From the NCBI GenBank assembly GCA_001787125.1, contig MFVU01000015.1, positions 19,992-54,566 on the forward strand: a DNA stretch of 34,575 nt. The letters run 5' to 3'. How positions within the stretch are numbered: position 1 is the first letter of the stretch; every line of letters starts with the position of its first letter. Shown piece after piece: positions 26,414-34,575 of this stretch. The stretch is from Candidatus Nomurabacteria bacterium RIFCSPLOWO2_12_FULL_44_11 (lineage in GTDB: Bacteria; Patescibacteriota; Minisyncoccia; Phycocordibacterales; UBA9973). The position numbers were made by a program, and so were the translations under genes. The notes below the pieces were generated by a model. The model did no database searches. It was not told the origin of the DNA and saw only the letters and a program-made list of their open reading frames with translations.

Positions 26414-26441
26414 CTTTCTGGCTTTATGAACTTTATAACTT

Positions 26442-26627
26442 TTAACTACCCAGTATTTTCCCTAACCCGGTTGAAAATATAAAATCAAAAATACCCAAAA
26501 AGTAAGCAATAAGTGCGGAGAGCGCAACAACGATCAAGGTATAGTAAACCGTCTGACTTCGAGAAGGCCAAATTACGTGTTTGAGCTCGGTCTTTGTATC
26601 TTTTAAATATTGGGTAATTTTTGACAT
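26442..26627 (-). CDS. secE: Preprotein translocase subunit SecE
   Basis: ELKHVIWPSR plus one TM segment; upstream of nusG. Confidence 0.95.
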   Translation of the reverse strand: MSKITQYLKDTKTELKHVIWPSRSQTVYYTLIVVALSALIAYFLGIFDFIFSTGLGKILGS

Positions 26628-26646
26628 AGATATATTCCTTGTTTAT

Positions 26647-26672
26647 AAAAAAGCCCCTCACAGGGCTCTTTT
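26647..26672. terminator. Putative terminator downstream of the SIMPL gene
   Basis: AAAAAAGCCC-CTCACA-GGGCTCTTTT. Confidence 0.5.
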
Positions 26673-26710
26673 AATGATACTCCTTTTGAGCGGAATAGTC
26701 AATCGGAAAT

Positions 26711-27511
26711 TTATCTTATTTCGTAGGTTATAGTTACGTCGGAAGTTATAGTATTTTCTCCCGCAGGGATTTCGGATGGCACCGACGCGGAACTTACACT
26801 GTCCGCCTCCATCATAGCTTTGCCGTAAAATATTGGTCCCGGATAACCGGACTCACTAAAGTTAGCGACTCGGCCTAATCTCACTCCTAAATCTTTAGCC
26901 AGCACTTCTGCTTTGGCCTTCGCGTCAGCAATGGCCTCTTTTCTTGCCTTGGCCTGGAGAGCATCCGGGTCATCAATCGTGAAATTCGGCCCGGACATGT
27001 TCGTCACCCCGATCTTGTTTAGGCCGTCAACTATTTTTGATACATCGTCAACCTTTCGAATTTTTACACTGATATTTTGGGACACGGTGTAGCCGATAAT
27101 CTTTGACTCGCTACGACAGGGCGGCATTATGCTATTCGGACTATAATACAGGGGGCAGGGCTCTGGATTTGAATACTTGGGGTAGGAATTATATCCTTCG
27201 GTTTTAATATCGCGTTCGGTTATCCCGGATGATTTTAGAAAATCAAGAATGCTTTTTGTCTTAGTATTCACTTCATCACTTGAAGCGCTCTGCGTTGCCT
27301 TGCTTGACTCTATCGTAAAGTAAACACTCGCAATATCCGGAACGGCTTCCACTTCCCCGTGGCCGGAGAGCGTGATGGTATTGGCCTCGCTTGAACCCAT
27401 CATGCCATAGGCGCGGAATTCAGCCAATAATTTAACGGCAAAAAACAAAGAAAGGATAACGATAAAGACGAGAGACGCTCGATATAAATTTTTTATGTAT
27501 TCGGCTTGCAT
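26711..27511 (-). CDS. SIMPL (DUF541) domain protein
   Basis: TITLSGHGEVEAVPD, ARKEAIADAKAKAEVLA..LGV.LG, VTITYEI. Confidence 0.9.
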   Translation of the reverse strand: MQAEYIKNLYRASLVFIVILSLFFAVKLLAEFRAYGMMGSSEANTITLSGHGEVEAVPDIASVYFTIESSKATQSASSDEVNTKTKSILDFLKSSGITERDIKTEGYNSYPKYSNPEPCPLYYSPNSIMPPCRSESKIIGYTVSQNISVKIRKVDDVSKIVDGLNKIGVTNMSGPNFTIDDPDALQAKARKEAIADAKAKAEVLAKDLGVRLGRVANFSESGYPGPIFYGKAMMEADSVSSASVPSEIPAGENTITSDVTITYEIR

Positions 27512-27537
27512 CCGACAATTATACACCCTCGGTCGCC

Positions 27538-28569
27538 TTAAATCAAATTGACTTCTGGGGTAAGTTTAAGGCCAAATTTTTTAAATACTGAATCAATGAT
27601 TTCTTCAGCGAGTTCCTTTACCGCCTGGCCGCTAGCGCCGCCGTAATTCACCAGAACTAGCGCCTGTCGTTTGTGCACGCCAGTATTCCCCACCCGATAA
27701 CCCTTCCAGCTTGTTCCGTTTTCGGGACCGCATTGTTCAATGAGCCAGGCCGCCGGAATTTTATGCACTCCCCCCTCCCGAAAGTAGGGCATATCCGGAT
27801 AGAGTGTGAGAAACTCCCCTAGTTTTTTTTCTTCGACAAAAACATTTTTGAAAAAACTCCCGGCGTTGCCGATAATCGTCGGGTCGGGTAATTTGCTTTT
27901 TCTTATGGAAGTTACCGCCTCGCTTATGTCCTTCGCGGCCTTAGGTTCAAGTTTGTTCTTCTCAAAGTATTCCCGTAAAACTTTATAGCTTAGATTTTTA
28001 CGCTCCAATTTGCTCAGCCGGAGAGTGATAGCGAGAATAAAATATTTATCCTTCAGCTCCTGCTTAAAAATACTGTCACGATAGCCGAGCTGGCACTCTG
28101 CCATTGAAAAAGTTCGCAGGTGGCCGCTTTTAACTTCGATCGTTTCGACGCTCTCTAAAACATTCTTGAGTTCCGCTCCATAAGCGCCAATATTTTGCAT
28201 TGGCGCGGCCCCGACCGTGCCGGGGATGAAAGACAAATTCTCTATGCCCCACAGAGAACGTTCGACGGCAAAATTCACCAGGTCGTGCCACACCTCTCCG
28301 CTCATCGCTCGAATTTGCATACTCTCCTCGTCCTCGTCTAGAACTGTGATTTCTTTTAATCTATTGACAATCACTATGCCCGGAAAATCGCCGAGGAGCA
28401 AAATATTGCTGCCTCCGCCTAAAAACAATTTTTTATTATTTTTAAACTCTTTGGAATCGAAAAGTTCCCCGAGGTCTGCCTCGTTTGTAATTTCGGCAAA
28501 AAATTTAGCTCGCGCCGATATACCGAAGGTGTTTAATTTAGTTAGATCGTAGTCTTTTTTGATTGTCAT
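27538..28569 (-). CDS. murB: UDP-N-acetylenolpyruvoylglucosamine reductase
   Basis: LGGGSN, IPGTVGAAPMQNIGAYG, GYRDSIFK, GNAGSFFKN, QALVLVN. Confidence 0.96.
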   Translation of the reverse strand: MTIKKDYDLTKLNTFGISARAKFFAEITNEADLGELFDSKEFKNNKKLFLGGGSNILLLGDFPGIVIVNRLKEITVLDEDEESMQIRAMSGEVWHDLVNFAVERSLWGIENLSFIPGTVGAAPMQNIGAYGAELKNVLESVETIEVKSGHLRTFSMAECQLGYRDSIFKQELKDKYFILAITLRLSKLERKNLSYKVLREYFEKNKLEPKAAKDISEAVTSIRKSKLPDPTIIGNAGSFFKNVFVEEKKLGEFLTLYPDMPYFREGGVHKIPAAWLIEQCGPENGTSWKGYRVGNTGVHKRQALVLVNYGGASGQAVKELAEEIIDSVFKKFGLKLTPEVNLI

Positions 28570-28570
28570 G

Positions 28571-29068
28571 CTATTCTCGAAGTATAGTTATTGATCCATC
28601 AGCATGCAATCTAATAACTTTGGACGCTCTTGCGGTAATAGTTCCGCCGTCTATGTACAAATCAACTTGGTTGCCGAAATATTTTCTCGCCTCATCGATA
28701 TTTTGAGCAGGCGGCAAATCCTCTGGATTAGCGGAGGGCGCTACTAGTGGCCCGGTTTTGCGGATGAGCTCTCTCAGATTTTCATTTTGCGGCAAACGAA
28801 AAGAAATATCCTCCAAGATAACACTGGTGGGCTCATTAAATTGCGGAATTTTAAATTTCTTTGGGTCAATGCGGAATTTTTTTATATCTTCCCAGTCCGC
28901 AATCAAGTTTATAAGCTTTTTCTCCGGAGATCTTTTCTTAATTTTATAAATTTTTTCTACGGTACTGGCATTCTGCGCTCTGCCAACAATCCCATAAAGA
29001 GTGTCAGTGGGCATAACTACTACCCCATCACCTTTGAGGACTTTAAGAAGATTCGGGTCGCTCCACAT
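28571..29068 (-). CDS. tsaC: L-threonylcarbamoyladenylate synthase (Sua5/YrdC family)
   Basis: PTDTLYG, K.R...K, APSAN, GG.....SK. Confidence 0.88.
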   Translation of the reverse strand: MWSDPNLLKVLKGDGVVVMPTDTLYGIVGRAQNASTVEKIYKIKKRSPEKKLINLIADWEDIKKFRIDPKKFKIPQFNEPTSVILEDISFRLPQNENLRELIRKTGPLVAPSANPEDLPPAQNIDEARKYFGNQVDLYIDGGTITARASKVIRLHADGSITILRE

Positions 29069-29078
29069 AAATATCGAT

Positions 29079-29624
29079 TTATAAAATTTCTCTCTCTAAC
29101 CTTTTTTCTATTTCCCCCTCGCTGACCGGTCGAAGCATTTTTTTCAGTTCCGGATCCTGCGAGATATCTATCCCCTGCTTCTCTAAGAGTAGAGCGATCA
29201 TTTTCATAATTTTAGTAATTTCCCGCTCCGCAATGAGATTGAGTTGCAGATGGGTCTCTTCGCGCAGATCGTCTACCTTGGCGGTGCGGTTTTGGGAAAT
29301 GAGCACAAACACGGAGAGAATGATTGCTTCCAAAGAAACTATCATGGTTAAAAGATTGAAAGGATATGGATCAAAGGGAGCTATGCCCTTTACTTGACTG
29401 GTATTGATAAGTATCCAGACGGCAAAGAGCAGTACGTTCAGCACTAAAAAAGTCATCGTTCCGAAACTAGAAGTCATGTTGTCGGCAATTTTCTCAACCG
29501 TCGTCCTTTTGGCGTTCGCCTTCGCTTTCATACTGCGAAATATCCGCTTCTGCGGCTCTTCGCTTTCACCAAACAACGCTCGTAGAAATGAAAGATGATG
29601 ACTGGCCATGTTTTTGTAATTCAC
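29079..29624 (-). CDS. DUF1003 family membrane protein
   Basis: W...N...FDPYPFNLL...SLEAI.LS.FVLISQNR; start may be ATG 29609. Confidence 0.85.
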   Translation of the reverse strand: MNYKNMASHHLSFLRALFGESEEPQKRIFRSMKAKANAKRTTVEKIADNMTSSFGTMTFLVLNVLLFAVWILINTSQVKGIAPFDPYPFNLLTMIVSLEAIILSVFVLISQNRTAKVDDLREETHLQLNLIAEREITKIMKMIALLLEKQGIDISQDPELKKMLRPVSEGEIEKRLEREIL

Positions 29625-29647
29625 CTATATTATAACATAGGGTAAAA

Positions 29648-29722
29648 TGGGGTGCCTATCCGGGGTTGAACCGGAACTAAAAGCTCCACAAGCTTCTGTG
29701 CTGCCGCTACACCATAGGCACC
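29648..29722 (-). tRNA. tRNA-His(GTG), with G-1 and CCA encoded
   Basis: G-GTGCCTA...GAAGC-TT-GTG-GA-GCTTT...GGTTCAACCC...TAGGCAC-C-CCA. Confidence 0.95.
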
Positions 29723-29733
29723 GTATATCAAAG

Positions 29734-30153
29734 TTATAGCACGCTGAAAATAAAAATAAAAGTAGAGACGGCAGCGGAGACGAAACACCAGGAGCATCCT
29801 TTTTTAAGAGCAAAAATTTGCACCCCGATAAGATAAAGAGAAAAAAGAAAGGCCATCACCGAAAGGATAAGGGAAGAATTGATTAAAAAATCAAGCGAGG
29901 AAATTTGCGGGAAAAGTAATACGGCGTGTAAAAGAGTGATCAGAGAATAATAGAACATGCCCAAAATTTCAACCGGTATGCCAAAAAATCTGGAGTAATC
30001 GCTATTGACCACCGTATTGCAGTCAAAACGGATGGGACAAACCAGGACGAGTCCCGCTTTTTTATGGTTGTAGATGTGCTTGGCAACGAAAAAGCCACAG
30101 ACGCCGAGTATCACGATCGCAAAATGCATCACAACATCGTTTGGTAATATCAT
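29734..30153 (-). CDS. Vitamin K epoxide reductase (VKOR) family protein
   Basis: C-x5-C..V..S.YS..FGIP..G..Y, CSWC. Confidence 0.9.
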   Translation of the reverse strand: MILPNDVVMHFAIVILGVCGFFVAKHIYNHKKAGLVLVCPIRFDCNTVVNSDYSRFFGIPVEILGMFYYSLITLLHAVLLFPQISSLDFLINSSLILSVMAFLFSLYLIGVQIFALKKGCSWCFVSAAVSTFIFIFSVL

Positions 30154-30175
30154 GAACCAAGTATAGCAGTTTAAT

Positions 30176-30571
30176 CTACTCTTTCAAATCTAGGCAAACG
30201 GAATTGAGACAGTAATGTTTGCCTGTTTTTGCTTCAGGATCTTCAAAAATGTGGCCTAAGTGGGAATTGCATTTAGCGCAGGTAACTTCGGTCCTAGCCA
30301 TGCCATGAGAAGTATCACGTTCAAATTTTACTGCTCCAGGCAATGCTTGATCAAAGGATGGCCAACCGGAAAGTCCCAGTGCGTTAGAACCAAATTTAGC
30401 ATCTGAAGAAAATAAAGGGCTCCCGCAGGCCGCACAGACATAGGTCCCATTTTTTTTCTCATGCAAATATTTTCCAGAAAAAGGAGCTTCGGTGCCCTTC
30501 TCGCGTAAAACTTTGTATTGTTCTGGGGTGAGTTTCTTTTTCCAAATTTTTTCTTTGTCTTCGTCGATCAT
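30176..30571 (-). CDS. msrB: Peptide-methionine (R)-S-oxide reductase
   Basis: GTEAPFSG, CAAC..PLF, GWPSF, RTEVTC..C.SHLGHIF.D, YCLNS. Confidence 0.95.
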   Translation of the reverse strand: MIDEDKEKIWKKKLTPEQYKVLREKGTEAPFSGKYLHEKKNGTYVCAACGSPLFSSDAKFGSNALGLSGWPSFDQALPGAVKFERDTSHGMARTEVTCAKCNSHLGHIFEDPEAKTGKHYCLNSVCLDLKE

Positions 30572-30594
30572 TTTATTATTCTACCATAATTAAT

Positions 30595-30633
30595 ATCGCG
30601 CCGGACGAGGGGATGAAACCCTGCCGGCGCGAT
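30595..30633. terminator. GC-rich hairpin downstream of small ORF
   Basis: ATCGCGCCGG...CCGGCGCGAT 10-bp inverted repeat. Confidence 0.5.
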
Positions 30634-30642
30634 GCGTGCTTG

Positions 30643-30855
30643 CTACCTCGGGAGGCAGCCGATCATGTTGAGTGCCGCTTGCCGGCGCGTTTGGCCGAAA
30701 CCTACTGCGCCACCCGTCGCTACGGGTGCAGTTGGATCACGGTAACAAAACCGCATCCAAGCATACGACGAATTCGGATCGTGATCTGGTCGATACAGAA
30801 AACCTCGGGCCTCGATGATAGCTTTGGCTTCCAGTTCTTCTCCACTCTCAGTCAT
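30643..30855 (-). CDS. Small hypothetical protein (70 aa)
   Basis: GAGG SD before ATG 30855 (MTESGEELEAKAII); hairpin downstream. Confidence 0.5.
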   Translation of the reverse strand: MTESGEELEAKAIIEARGFLYRPDHDPNSSYAWMRFCYRDPTAPVATGGAVGFGQTRRQAALNMIGCLPR

Positions 30856-30936
30856 TGCTATATACCTCGTGATCAAAAAGGTTCGAAAGAAGAATAACAT
30901 ATGTTTTGTGAAACACAAAAAGAGGGATACTTCCGG

Positions 30937-31020
30937 TGCGCGGGGGGAGATTTGAACTCCCATGCTCTTGCGAGCGCTACCACCTCAAGGTAGTACGTCT
31001 ACCAGTTTCGCCACCCGCGC
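30937..31020 (-). tRNA. tRNA-Leu(GAG)
   Basis: GCGCGGG...CTACC-TT-GAG-GT-GGTAG, long variable arm, GTTCAAATC, CCCGCGC-A. Confidence 0.95.
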
Positions 31021-31040
31021 TCGACTAGATTATATCAAAA

Positions 31041-31517
31041 TTATTCAGCTTTGACCCCGCCTGAATGAACTTCAGGTCGGGCGGGTTTTGTCACTTCTTC
31101 TTCCTCATCAACAATAGTGCTGCGCATCTTGCGGCGGACGTCCTTCACCGCCTTGGTACGAATGTAGTAGAGTTTGGAGCGTCCGGTGTTTGCTCTTTTT
31201 ACAATCTCAATTTTATCAACCATCGGGGAATAAAGCGGAAAAATTCTCTCCACCCCAACGCCCGAGGCCACGCGCCTTACGGTAAAAGTCCCGCCCGGTT
31301 CCGTGCCGTGCTTGCGCGCCAAGACCGTGCCCTCAAACGCCTGCAGGCGGAATTTTACTGTTTTTTCGCTTTTTTTATCTGCCCTAGTCGAAAATTTTTC
31401 TTCGGCAATTTTGGACCAGACCCGCACGGTATCGCCGGAACGAAAATCCAGTTTCCTCCGCGCCTCAATGTCCACCGGGCTAAATTTAATTTTGTTTAAT
31501 AAGGCAGTATTTGCCAT
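31041..31517 (-). CDS. rplS: 50S ribosomal protein L19
   Basis: FRSGDTVRV, RLQAFEG, TFTVRRVASGVGVERIFPLYSP, KLYYIR; start ATG 31517. Confidence 0.96.
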   Translation of the reverse strand: MANTALLNKIKFSPVDIEARRKLDFRSGDTVRVWSKIAEEKFSTRADKKSEKTVKFRLQAFEGTVLARKHGTEPGGTFTVRRVASGVGVERIFPLYSPMVDKIEIVKRANTGRSKLYYIRTKAVKDVRRKMRSTIVDEEEEVTKPARPEVHSGGVKAE

Positions 31518-31555
31518 CCGGGACAATTTATCATAAAGCCCCGGTTTAAGCAAAT

Positions 31556-33257
31556 TCAGAGAAATTCAGCTTGGTAGCATTTCTCGCAATAAACAATCTC
31601 CGGCCGGTCTGGCGAATAGGAAGTTTTTATTGGCATTTGGCATTTCATGCATTCGCGGTGATAAAGTTTAGGCATGTTTGTTTGTACGAAACGTGCTCGA
31701 TGGCGACATTCAGAGCAATAGCGCGGAATGGGTAAACCAAATTTTCCTAAAAAATTTAATTCATTTTCTATTATTTTATACCCGCGTTTACATTTCATAC
31801 ATTCAATCACTTCCTGAAGGATATTTTTGTTGACATCTTTTAGGTCGTCTGGCAGATCAGCCGCTTTTTTGGTGATTTTGTAGACTGGCTTTTCCTTCTC
31901 GAACCAACTAAGTCCTTTTTTTGGTGGCCTCGGTTTCAGTAGTTGGGAAATATTCCTGAGCAATTGTTTCGTTATACCCAAAAGGAGACAGTATAAGTGG
32001 AAAATATTCTCCGTACTTGTAAACTTTTCCTTTCTCGTCGATATAGGGATTTTTATCCATATCCCCAATAATCTTAAATTTTAAAGTTTCGTATTCTTGT
32101 TTTGAGTATTGCTTATTCAAGATACAATATTGTTTCTTCTTTAAGTTGATGCAACCAAAAGAATCTTTTGAGCTGTTAGCTGCGTAAATACAATATTCTA
32201 GATTGCGTGCATTAGAGAAACACTCACTACAAAAACGGCAATTGGATGCTCCTTCCCCTACGACGCAACACTCGTATAGCTTTTCTGAGTTATTGCCCCA
32301 ACCAGTATAATCATAAGCATCTTTCGTTTTCGGCAGGGTTAAAAATTGAACAAATCGACTATCTTCTACGCCGACCCCTATGTACACGTCGTGGGCATTT
32401 TTTGACTGGTATACATATTCCCCGGAAACCTTTTTATTCCGACTGTCACCCATGTAGAAGCGACGAGGAAATTGGAAGGAAAATTCCTGAAATTCTTTTA
32501 AGGTTAGCTCAACTGTTTGCCAGGAAGCCATATTTATTTGGGCTACTTTTTCTTTGTAATCCTCTTTAGTATGTTGCTTATTCCAAATGCAGTAATTTTT
32601 ATTCCGTAAATTCACACATCCAAAACAATTTGAGCAATCATAACAATTACGAGAAAAGTGCACGTCGTGGCAATCTCCACAATCAATGGTAAAATGGCAA
32701 TTATATAATTTATGGCCACCGATACTACCGTAGCAAAGTTCGGATTCATCTATGTGATAGCAATCCATGCAATCCCGAATGTGAGCCAAAATAGTACTGT
32801 AAAGAGAATTTTCTACATAATCCCCAAAATAAGTTAGATACGAATTTTTCTGCCAAGCAGTATAGTTCGTGTACGGAGTATTAATGTTTGTGGTATAGGT
32901 ACATTCCAATGCCATATAAGGAGATTTACTTTGCAGCTCTTTCATTTGTTCAAAAAAAGAGCGTGAGGGATCGTAATTCATTCCATATTCTGTGCCATCC
33001 CAACTATCGCCCCACCAGCAGGGATTACAGTAGACCTTTAATTTTTTGTCTCTGTGGAACATCGAGATTATACTTGCGCCACAGAGATCACAGGATCTTT
33101 TATAAAGTGTCCTAATGTTCACAAATGAAAACCTTCGGATCATCCGGCACTCTGGGCACCAGGTCGGCGGCGGGACTTGCATCTTTTCGTAGAATTTAAA
33201 ATCCTCCGGCTCTATATTAAAGTCCTTTTTGCAATTCTGGCATGTTCTTGTTTCCAC
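31556..33257 (-). pseudogene. Cys-rich zinc-ribbon/repeat protein split by a 1-nt frameshift at 31916-31922
   Basis: N-part CQNC, CPEC, CDLC, CNPC and CFGCVNL repeats; C-part CMKC, CSEC, YCEKCY; deleting one A fuses them. Confidence 0.75.
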
Positions 33258-33370
33258 GCCCAAATTATATAATTAAATTTTAAAACGTCAATTTAAATAT
33301 TGATTGTCGATAAGAAGTACTTATGCTACTTGATAATTTTAAGGAAGTTTATAATAAAGTGTCAATTTTC

Positions 33371-33398
33371 TTGACATTTTTCTAGGTTAATATATACT
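33371..33398 (+). promoter_or_regulatory. Putative promoter of TrmB-like gene
   Basis: TTGACA-16 nt-TATACT, ATG 6 nt downstream. Confidence 0.65.
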
Positions 33399-33404
33399 AG
33401 ATTG

Positions 33405-34163
33405 ATGAATCCGATAGAGACTTTGAAACAATTGGGATTGCATGAAAAACAAGCGGGGATATACCTGGCCCTTCTTGAACTAGGCGAGTCCTCTATGACC
33501 GAGATAGCCCGGAAGGCAAACTTAAAACGCCCTACGGTATATCTGATGATAGATGAGTTAATAATCCTCGGTCTTTGCTCGGAGCTGACCAAGGGAAAGA
33601 AAAAGTTTTACTCTGCCATTCACCCGCGCCGACTGGTGGAAATGACTCATTTCAGGAATAAGCAAGCGGAAAAATTATTGCCGGAGTTAGTAGCACTTCA
33701 AAATACCGCTGGGAAACCAAAGGTTAGAATGTTGGAAGGAATCGAGGGTATGCATATAGCTTATGAGGAAGCTTATTCTTCGTTAAACAATAAGGAGGAG
33801 GGATTATGGATAACAAATATAGATTTTTTGGAAGAAAAGTTTCCGGAGGTCATAAAACTATATTTAAAAACTCTAGAGAGACTGCGCAATCCCCCGATTC
33901 GGGAAATAGTCCAAGGCGGAGAAATAAGTAAAAATTACATTAAACGGGTGATAAATCTTAAAAAAGGAAAAAATTATAAAATAAGATACGTGCCTCAAAC
34001 ATACTTATTCGGATATACCGACCAATTAATAATTGGCGACAAAGTCATGACCTTCGTCCTGGGTAAAGAAATTTTCGTCCTTATCGTAGAGAGCAAAGAC
34101 AACGCCCAAACTCAGCGCGGAATTTTCGAACTGGCCTGGGGTGGGGCGGAAAAAATAAACTAA
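33405..34163 (+). CDS. TrmB family transcriptional regulator
   Basis: LKQLGLHEKQAGIYLALLELGE....IAR..NLKRPTVY wHTH; PKVR..EG.EG. Confidence 0.88.
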   Translation: MNPIETLKQLGLHEKQAGIYLALLELGESSMTEIARKANLKRPTVYLMIDELIILGLCSELTKGKKKFYSAIHPRRLVEMTHFRNKQAEKLLPELVALQNTAGKPKVRMLEGIEGMHIAYEEAYSSLNNKEEGLWITNIDFLEEKFPEVIKLYLKTLERLRNPPIREIVQGGEISKNYIKRVINLKKGKNYKIRYVPQTYLFGYTDQLIIGDKVMTFVLGKEIFVLIVESKDNAQTQRGIFELAWGGAEKIN

Positions 34164-34575
34164 AGGAATTTTTGGAACTCTTTTGGCAGGGGTGATTCTA
34201 TTTTGATTGTTTTGTTTTTTCCGCCAGAGGCGGATCCGCCTAGAGCGGAGAATTCTATTGACTTAGCGTGGAGTGCCATGCGTTTAATGCCTTTCGGGCA
34301 GGGACCGTCCGGGTTATAAAGTGAATCGCAGACAATTGGGTGATTTAAGTATTTCATATGCACTCTTATTTGGTGCGTCCGGCCGGTCTTGGGGCGGATT
34401 TCAAGAAAACTGAATTTCACCCCCTCGGCCTTTGGCCACTCTCCCTTCGCAGGGCGAGATTGTTGGATGTTTCCCTCCCTGCGAAGGGAGGGCGCAGGGA
34501 GGGTGAACCGCTTGAGTACCCTGTATTCCGTTACCGCTTCCCGCATTTCCCCCCTGGCACCTCGACCCGCGAGAT
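34160..34575 (-). CDS. RluA-family pseudouridine synthase, C-terminal part
   Basis: REAVTEY, PKTGRTHQIRVH, HPIVCD.LY, LHA. Confidence 0.92.
   Translation of the reverse strand, partial: LAGRGARGEMREAVTEYRVLKRFTLPAPSLRREGNIQQSRPAKGEWPKAEGVKFSFLEIRPKTGRTHQIRVHMKYLNHPIVCDSLYNPDGPCPKGIKRMALHAKSIEFSALGGSASGGKNKTIKIESPLPKEFQKFL
34219..34249. repeat. Double-hairpin palindromic element, copy 2
   Basis: TTCCGCC-AGA-GGCGGA-TCCGCC-TAGA-GCGGA. Confidence 0.85.
34416..34507. repeat. REP-like multi-hairpin element in-frame in the RluA-family gene
   Basis: TTCACCC...GGGTGAA enclosing GGCC-TTT-GGCC, CCCT-TCGC-AGGG and CCCTCCCT-GCGA-AGGGAGGG. Confidence 0.75.

Noticed and set aside
26628-26710. tRNA-Trp or rpmG often found upstream of secE
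   Set aside because: No cloverleaf or ORF; only a terminator-like hairpin.
29625-29813. 62-aa ORF, and the 5' extension of ORF 30643-30963
   Set aside because: They overlap tRNA-His and tRNA-Leu.
31914-31922. dnaX-type -1 frameshift (A AAA AAG)
   Set aside because: The heptamer is not in the required phase; fusion needs +1.

Overview
Core chromosomal segment of a small-genome bacterium; protein styles, split operons and rplK without rplA suggest Patescibacteria/CPR, probably Parcubacteria (inference). Standard code 11. The minus strand carries the str operon (rpsL-rpsG-fusA...tuf) and S10/spc genes (rpsJ to rplX), plus secE-nusG-rplK, rplS, murB, tsaC, msrB, VKOR, tRNA-His and tRNA-Leu; the plus strand has rpmB, thyA-folA-dcd and a TrmB regulator. 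Main observations: (1) a ~350-nt self-contained, highly base-paired transcription unit with a 7-bp kissing loop between rplB and rpsS (candidate novel ncRNA); (2) a four-gene operon (ECF S-component-like, DHFR/RibD-C, CofE-like ligase, ATP-grasp ligase) convergent on thyA-folA-dcd, resembling FolC-independent folate salvage and glutamylation; (3) a ~7-kb island between fusA and tuf with a squalene/phytoene-synthase + patatin pair and pyrD-like/pyrE/pyrF; (4) palindromic elements translated in-frame inside housekeeping proteins; (5) a recurring -10 box 6-7 nt before start codons (leaderless pattern); (6) a DEAD-box helicase with no canonical start codon upstream of its Q-motif; (7) a Cys-rich gene split at an A7 run. 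All calls come from reading the sequence; no searches were run.
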